A stretch of 64,000 bases of DNA from Saccostrea echinata. Lineage: Eukaryota. The position numbers were made by a program, and so were the translations under genes. The notes beneath the pieces are model-generated. The model had not been told where the DNA came from, did not search any database, and worked only from the letters and a program-made list of their open reading frames with translations. Positions 62,420-64,000 of the stretch are shown in pieces. The DNA is taken from the NCBI RefSeq assembly GCF_033153115.1, contig NW_026889779.1:11098001-11162000 (forward strand). Direction: 5' to 3'. Within the stretch, counting starts at the first letter, position 1. Each line of letters opens with the position of its first letter.

Positions 62420-62535
62420 TTGACAGTAGGGCCTGTGTGTATGTTGATATATATGTTAGTTATTAAATTTTTAAAAAAAAAGATTGACAGTAGGGCCTGT
62501 GTATATGTTGATATATTATATATGTTAGTTATTTT
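62420..62535 (+). repeat. Local ~64-bp tandem duplication
   Basis: TTGACAGTAGGGCCTGTGT..ATGTTGATAT..TATGTTAGTTATT at 62420 and 62484. Confidence 0.85.
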
Positions 62536-62812
62536 AAAAAAAAAAAAAAGAAGACTATCTAGAGGGTTTCATTATTTTTTTTATGCAGCATAGTAGTGTT
62601 AAGACTACAATATCTTGTAGAATAAATATTTATGTTACCGGTACATTAATTATGTGATTGAATATTAGATTAGTTTTACCAGAGACCTATAATTACTATC
62701 ATTTGTATATGTATACATGTACATCCTTGTGTTTTTCAAGAGAGAGAGAGAGAGAGAATGTAAGCTGTAAGTGTCTTTCTTTATTAGTTGATTTAATCTT
62801 GGATAATTTTAG

Positions 62813-63732
62813 TGTTGTAGAAACAGGTTTCCGTACATGGGAAGTGAAGTCTGGCGGAAACTAAACGAGAACATTGTTTTGCTGCAGCAGTCTATTCACC
62901 TTCCCACCTTCTTAGACAACTTGGGCAGAAGGGGTTTAATTGATCAGGAAACAGCCAACAGTCTTCTAGTTTTAAGTTGTGAGGAGGCAGTTCCCAAGCT
63001 TCTAGAAATTCTAGTGTCTTCTACTCCTTCCAGCACCAACGATATGTGTGACGCACTCCAAGAAACTCACCCAAATATTGCAGAAAAAGTAGGATTGGCT
63101 CCTCTTCCAGGTATACAACAAAAAGATTTTGTTCTATAAAATCAAGTATAATTAATTCTAACAATAAAACATCACAGGGATAATTCAATGAACACATAAA
63201 AAAGTAATGAGATAATTTTAAGCTGCCCCCCAAAAGGAGACATACATGTATATGCACATGCAGAATTGCTGCATAGTTCAAATGTTATTTAGTGCTTCAA
63301 ATAATATGAATTAAAAATGCATTTTTTCTTACTAGGAGTGTACTTCTGACAGTGTGATTTTCCTGCTAAATTACGGATATGTTTAAATTAAAGTACATTG
63401 TTAGAAATGAACTGTCACATTTGCATAAATAATCATGGAAGTCATGATCTTTATGAGTGTCTTATACATACTGACATTTTAGTAATTAATATCATTATCT
63501 GGTAAGAAGAAGATAACAGCATTAAAGAGAGAGAGAGAGAGAGAAAGAGAGAAGTGTCAGTGAATAATTATACCTGTATATTTCAGCTGAAAAAGATTGT
63601 AAGGATCCTACTGGTCATAGCCATGTTGTGAAGTCCTATCATGCTGTGTTAGCAATCTCTACAGAACCTCACAAACACAAAGAGGATAACCAGCTTCACC
63701 ACTCCAAGGACAAACACTCCGCTTTCATGTAA
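62813..63732 (+). CDS. Small CARD domain protein, paralogue B (true start unresolved)
   Basis: Exons 62813-63110 and 63587-63732, same sizes and phases as paralogue A. 63 of 99 residues identical in the CARD exon by manual count. In-frame ATG at 62837; candidate upstream exon donor at 61971. Confidence 0.75.
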
Positions 63733-64000
63733 CAGTTACCACTGGTATGTTCTATTGAAAATTTCATACATCACTAATACAGGGATATTGGTAAGTTGAT
63801 AAGGTGGTTTTATTCAGCATAACATGACAAATACCTTTCATCTTGCCTTTATGTATGTAATACCCACACCCCAGGTTCTCCACATCGAAAAATATTACCA
63901 TGGAGGAAGTTATGCAGAAGTTAAATGTGATTGAAAGTACAATTACATGTTCAACCTTCTAGTCTTCACCTCATCAATGGTTTATTTCACATATACATGT

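Overview
AT-rich, intron-rich animal genomic DNA; the satellite, Helentron and SINE families point to a bivalve, probably an oyster (inference). Three conserved genes on + can be spliced by hand into complete ORFs: MCTS1 (5 exons, 182 aa), integrin-linked kinase ILK (12 exons, 449 aa) and cyclophilin-40 PPID (11 exons, 367 aa, first intron GC-AG). A 656-aa C2H2 zinc-finger gene lies on -. Two tandem paralogues encode small CARD-domain proteins, and there is a possible spliced minus-strand transcript at the window start. The rest is transposon material: Helentron-like elements carrying a ~165-bp satellite, MITEs, fold-back palindromes, a V-domain tRNA SINE, and CR1-, Tx1/L1-, RTE-X- and Penelope-like retroelement remnants. 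There are two N gaps. The most notable observation is in ILK intron 9: a diverged duplicate of exon 10 (34300-34374) with intact splice sites and frame, followed by TACTAAC and three exact CCAATCATCAT motifs, plus a possible related 21-nt microexon. This suggests a tissue-regulated splicing switch that rewrites the pseudokinase activation segment. All gene models come from reading the sequence; no searches were run.
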